Origin: Oikopleura dioica
Taxonomy: Eukaryota > Animalia > Chordata
Direction: 5' to 3'
Assembly: GCA_907165135.1 (NCBI GenBank)
Contig: OU015566.1
Span: 5,208,001 to 5,272,000 of the forward strand
DNA: 64,000 nt
The notes beneath the pieces were generated by a model. It made no database searches. It saw only the letters and a program-made list of their open reading frames with translations, and was not told where the DNA came from. The translations under genes were made by a program, and so were the position numbers. This document shows, piece after piece, positions 62,101 through 64,000 of the stretch (positions are counted from its first letter, which is position 1; every line of letters begins with the position of its first letter).

Positions 62101-64000
62101 TCAAAGACTGAAAATGCAAATTCCATCTCAACTCACGAGCCGTTCGCTTCAACGTGCTACAATTCAAAACGGGAGACAGCTGTTAAAACCGGATCCAGCG
62201 GCAAATGTCCGATCACGATTTTCTGCTCGGAGCCGTGGCCACATTAGCGGCTAATTAGGTGATGAGCTCTAACCACGCGGGGCCGACCGCTGGAGATGTT
62301 CAATCTCCTCTTTTTAACTTAAATTTTGGCGAAAACAATAATTGGATCCATTTTTGGTGAACCGCTCCTTGAATGGCCATGGAGACGGCCAGCGCGACGG
62401 AAGCCAGGCACACTTAATTTGATAAGCTTAGACCAATAGTCACCAATACTGGTCTCCTTACTGGTAAAGGTAGACGTTGTTGTCGTGTGAGCCCAGAGCC
62501 AAGTAGTTGCCATCTGGAGAAAATGAAGCTACAGAAATCGGCTCTTTCTTTCCGTCGGCGCCGCGTTGGAGGATTTCCCCGTTTTCTGAAAAAAATAAAA
62601 TTAAAATTTTCAGCTAAAAAAACATTAACTGGAGGATCAGAAGCTAAATTCGGATTGCGATAGTCTATGACCGGAAAAAAGCCCGTGCCGCGCCCAAAGT
62701 TGAACGATTTAGAAGGTTTAGCGATATTTAGCCACAACGATCTGATAAATATGAAAAAATGGAACATAATTATCCTCCTGGCACGAGCGGCAAATCCGGC
62801 TCAAAACATGGGTGCCCATTCTTGTCCCCTGTGTAAGATACATAATCGCCGAGGTCCAAACTTCAAGGCCGAGATTTCAACATTACCGAGTTCTATGATT
62901 AGCCATTCGCCCTTCGTCGTTCCCACTGCGGCTATGTTCTCCGTCGGGTGCACTCCAGCGCAGCGGAAGGCCAAGTCTAAAAAGCAAAGCAATTTCAACT
63001 GCGAAAAAGTGAGGCGGATCGGGCAATTACGCAAGCACACGTTGATCTGATTACCGGTTCATGCCTAATCCCCTTTTCTTCGCCGCCCTTTCACAAGTTT
63101 ACGTAACACACGAGTTTGACGATTCCTAACAGGTAAACAGCAATTTCCACTTACTGTATACTTTCGTCCACACGGGCTTGTGGTAGTCCAAGTCCCACAG
63201 CACTACTCGCCCGTCAAAACACGCTTTTTGGGTTGAAAAAATGATACATTTTTAATTATGGTTTTCTCTTGACAGTTTTTGAACCCTTTTGCCTGTAAGA
63301 AACTGACTGTTCTTGGTTTTGGAAGTGGCAAGTCCCCAAAGCGAGTCAAAATGTCCCTAATAAAACCGATAAATGCGACAGTGATGAACTGGTCCGTGAT
63401 TCGGCGTAAAATCGAGAAGCCGCTAACCTGCATAATTGTCGAATATTCTTCTTCGAAATTCATCTTCATGATCGAGTTCTTGGTAGTTCCCACGTAGATA
63501 GTCCCTGAAAACCAATTCAAATTCGAGCAATCGAGAAATTGAACTTGCCATTGCGGCCAAGGACAACACAGCGGCAGCCACCGACGTAGTCTAAAATATT
63601 ATCCGTCAAAATAAAAAAAATCAAAAAAAAGAGAAAAACCTGGAAGTGATGTTTCGTCAAGAACTTCGCCTTCCGGACTCGTGGCCACGATTCTTCCGTC
63701 TTTGCCCCCGCCGGTTATGATGTCGCCTTCAGGGTCGATTTCAATCGAAAAGATTCCGCCTAAATTTGTTGAGATTCTTATTTTCAAACAAACAGATGAG
63801 CTTTTAACCGATATTTTCGGCAAACATCGGAAATCAAATGAAAATTCGGGCAACACTGGTAATGTCGCCGAATGTCGCTGAATGTCGCCGAATGTCGCAA
63901 AAAATGCTATTTTTTGAACAAAAACACGAAAATGGCGACATTCGGCGACATTTGGGGACATAACCAGGGGAAAATCCGTGAAGTACCTTGGTGAACATTT
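59126..64000 (-). CDS. EML: Echinoderm microtubule-associated protein-like (EML/EMAP), 3' part; 5' end beyond window
   Basis: ITGGGKDG, YVGTTKN, LAVGSHDN, GIWPEGADGTDIN, GHSSHVTAVEF..LLSTGGMDASILQW. Confidence 0.88.
60041..60259. mobile_element. Tc1/mariner-type MITE (intact copy)
   Basis: TA|CAGTGGT...ACCACTG|TA with long TIR GAGCGGTTTCCGCACCCCTA. Confidence 0.88.
61274..61363. mobile_element. Short MITE family 1 copy in an EML intron
   Basis: GGGCTCGGCAAGC ... CAGGTTGCCGAGTCC; flanks GATGAAAA/GATTAAAA. Confidence 0.7.
63859..63965. repeat. Small fold-back repeat array
   Basis: (AATGTCGCCG)n followed by inverted CGACATTCGG units. Confidence 0.65.

Overview
Compact eukaryotic (animal) genomic DNA. 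The ~40-50-nt introns, several GA/GG/GC splice donors, dense genes and Ty3/gypsy element suggest an appendicularian tunicate such as Oikopleura (inferred from gene structure, not a database hit). Host genes: axonemal dynein heavy chain (DNAH3-like, runs off the left edge), CKS1, acid ceramidase (ASAH1), NAXD, an unknown gene, a C-type lectin, STK36/Fused, an LPCAT interrupted by two insertions, a class-3 lipase, an MFSD4-like transporter, CCDC105/TEKTL1, a Ly6/uPAR GPI-type protein and an EML (runs off the right edge). Mobile DNA is abundant: a near-intact 8.2-kb gypsy element with near-identical 1.3-kb LTRs, a nested Tc1-MITE > piggyBac-like > hAT stack (11.2-17.4 kb) and many MITEs with recognisable TSDs. 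Most notable: (1) two homologous 117-nt dynein exons only 22 nt apart, probably mutually exclusive; (2) a hAT-type MITE family acting as an Introner, forming a precisely excisable GC-AG intron in STK36; (3) a ~670-nt very GC-rich, densely base-paired RNA-like module plus tRNA-like sequence inside the hAT element; (4) a gypsy integrase with tandem SAP/HeH-like C-terminal repeats, an apparent 2-bp TSD and a classic -1 frameshift signal. At least seven 1-nt deletions, nearly all in homopolymer runs, break conserved ORFs and are most likely assembly errors. All homology calls come from recalled family motifs; no searches or folding programs were run.
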